From Candidatus Dadabacteria bacterium (GTDB lineage Bacteria; Desulfobacterota_D; UBA1144; Nemesobacterales; CSP1-2): 20,195 bases of DNA. The stretch is taken from positions 1 to 20,195 of the forward strand of contig PSLL01000023.1 in NCBI GenBank assembly GCA_040289575.1. The letters run 5' to 3'. A program made the position numbers and the translations under genes. Shown here piece by piece: positions 19,290 to 20,195 of the stretch. Position 1 is the stretch's first letter. The number at the start of each line of letters is the position of its first letter. Below the pieces are notes generated by a model that saw nothing but the letters and a program-made list of their open reading frames with translations, made no database searches and was not told the origin of the DNA.

Positions 19290-20011
19290 GGGATTTTTTC
19301 AATAGGTGTGTAAAAACCATTCAGGCGGTCTTCCTTTTTTGATTAACTTTTACATCTTCTACCATTACCCCATTAACAAATCTCTTTCCCGCATAAACTT
19401 CCGGTAACAACCGGTATCCCCTGAGTGCATAAAAGTCCTTCTCTGCTAAGCAAAGGAGCTTCCATATCATCGCCGTGGCGTTCTCTACTCTCTTGAACCT
19501 CTTAGCTGCATCGGTCCTCAGCCGGATCGAACTAAAAGGTGACTCCACAACATTGGTAGTCCTTATATGCACCCAATACTCCTTGGTATATGAATAAAAC
19601 ATTACCATCCGCTGTACTTCGCTTGAACAGCGGCAGTACCTTGCTCTCAAACTCCTCTGCATTTCTTAACCGTGGCCTCCTAATCCTTATCGTCCCATTC
19701 ATCAGTGCTAGCCTTCGGGGCTTCTCATACCCATTTTGGTACCCACTGTGTGTATCTATCTTCCTCCTTATCCTCTCCGATTTTCTCCTCCCTAAGAATT
19801 CGGTGATCTCTTCCTCAAGGATATCCTGTATAAACTCCCCTACCTTCATCCTTACTGCTTCTTCCAGTACTTCATAAGTTACTCTTGATTTACCTGCCTT
19901 CTTATCGGTATTCTTTCCCAGGGGTGGCGTCTCCCTTCTTTTTTTGAAAATTTGGCTATGAATAGGATACGCCGCCTCTCTCAACTTTTACACTCTTTTT
20001 GATATTATCCC
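19290..20011 (-). mobile_element. IS256-family element, 722 bp, with internally deleted transposase
   Basis: Imperfect terminal IRs GGGATTTTTTCAATAGGTGTGTAAAA (19290-19315) and GGGATAATATCAAAAAGAGTGTAAAA (reverse complement, 20011-19986). Transposase N-terminus (LEEEITEFLGR..SER...GYQNGY.KPR...G.I.I.RPRLR...FESKVLP) joins out of frame near 19613 to the C-terminus (HIRTTNVVESPFSSIRLRT). Confidence 0.92.
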
Positions 20012-20194
20012 GACTTCTTTCAGCTTGTTTATCGTTTCTTCTTTATTAGGGAGAAGAATCTGAAAGTTTCCCCCGCCTGCATAAAGAATGTTCACAAGGG
20101 TCTGGCCAAGAGTTTAAGTTATATAATTTGCGGTAACAATTGGTAGAATGGTTAAAAACATTGACCTTCCACGAAGTATCCTTCCAACTCCCTT
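20012..20194 (-). pseudogene. cas10: Cas10/Csm1 internal fragment (runs off window; cut by IS)
   Basis: Not in the ORF track. Hand translation: KGVGRILRGRSMFLTILPIVTANYIT*TLGQTLVNILYAGGGNFQILLPNKEETINKLKEV. LRGRS and NILYAGGG.F..LLPN are Csm1 motifs; in-frame TAA at 20114-20116. Confidence 0.88.
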
Positions 20195-20195
20195 T

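Noticed and set aside
21..19877. Numerous short antisense or overlapping ORFs in the track (e.g. 713-988, 4272-4637, 4982-5482, 16695-17057, 19590-19877)
   Set aside because: Shadows of recognised genes on the other strand or frame, with no motifs or RBS.
10601..20194. Alternative genetic code or stop read-through explaining the in-frame stops
   Set aside because: All three stop types occur together with frameshifts and deletions, and intact genes end normally in TAA, TAG and TGA.

Overview
The window has two halves. Bases 1-9553 are mostly ordinary bacterial genes: the 3' part of an LLM-class flavin oxidoreductase, a secreted beta-sandwich protein, HU, ilvA, a stand-alone Cache-domain protein, coaBC, a TPR protein, an ilvD broken by a ~13-nt deletion and a His-rich 4-TM membrane protein. 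Bases ~9800-20195 hold a hicBA toxin-antitoxin pair followed by a heavily decayed type III-A (Csm) CRISPR-Cas locus on the minus strand. In transcription order the locus reads: cas10 fragment | internally deleted IS256 (csm2, csm3 and parts of cas10/csm4 missing) | csm4' | csm5 (pseudo) | cas6 (pseudo) | APE2256/TIGR02619-like CARF (pseudo) | leader + ONE 36-bp CRISPR repeat | intact abrB-vapC | degenerate half repeat | TIGR02710-like CARF-HEPN (pseudo) | NE0113-like CARF (pseudo) | intact stand-alone SAVED-like gene | cas4-cas1 fusion (pseudo) | cas2 | orphan promoter + boxA-like motif pointing into hicA. There is no multi-repeat array. The most unusual features are a TA module sitting where the spacers should be, an intact solo SAVED-like gene among dead neighbours, and a second leader start that now points antisense into a toxin gene. 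All family calls come from recognising motifs by eye, not from database searches.
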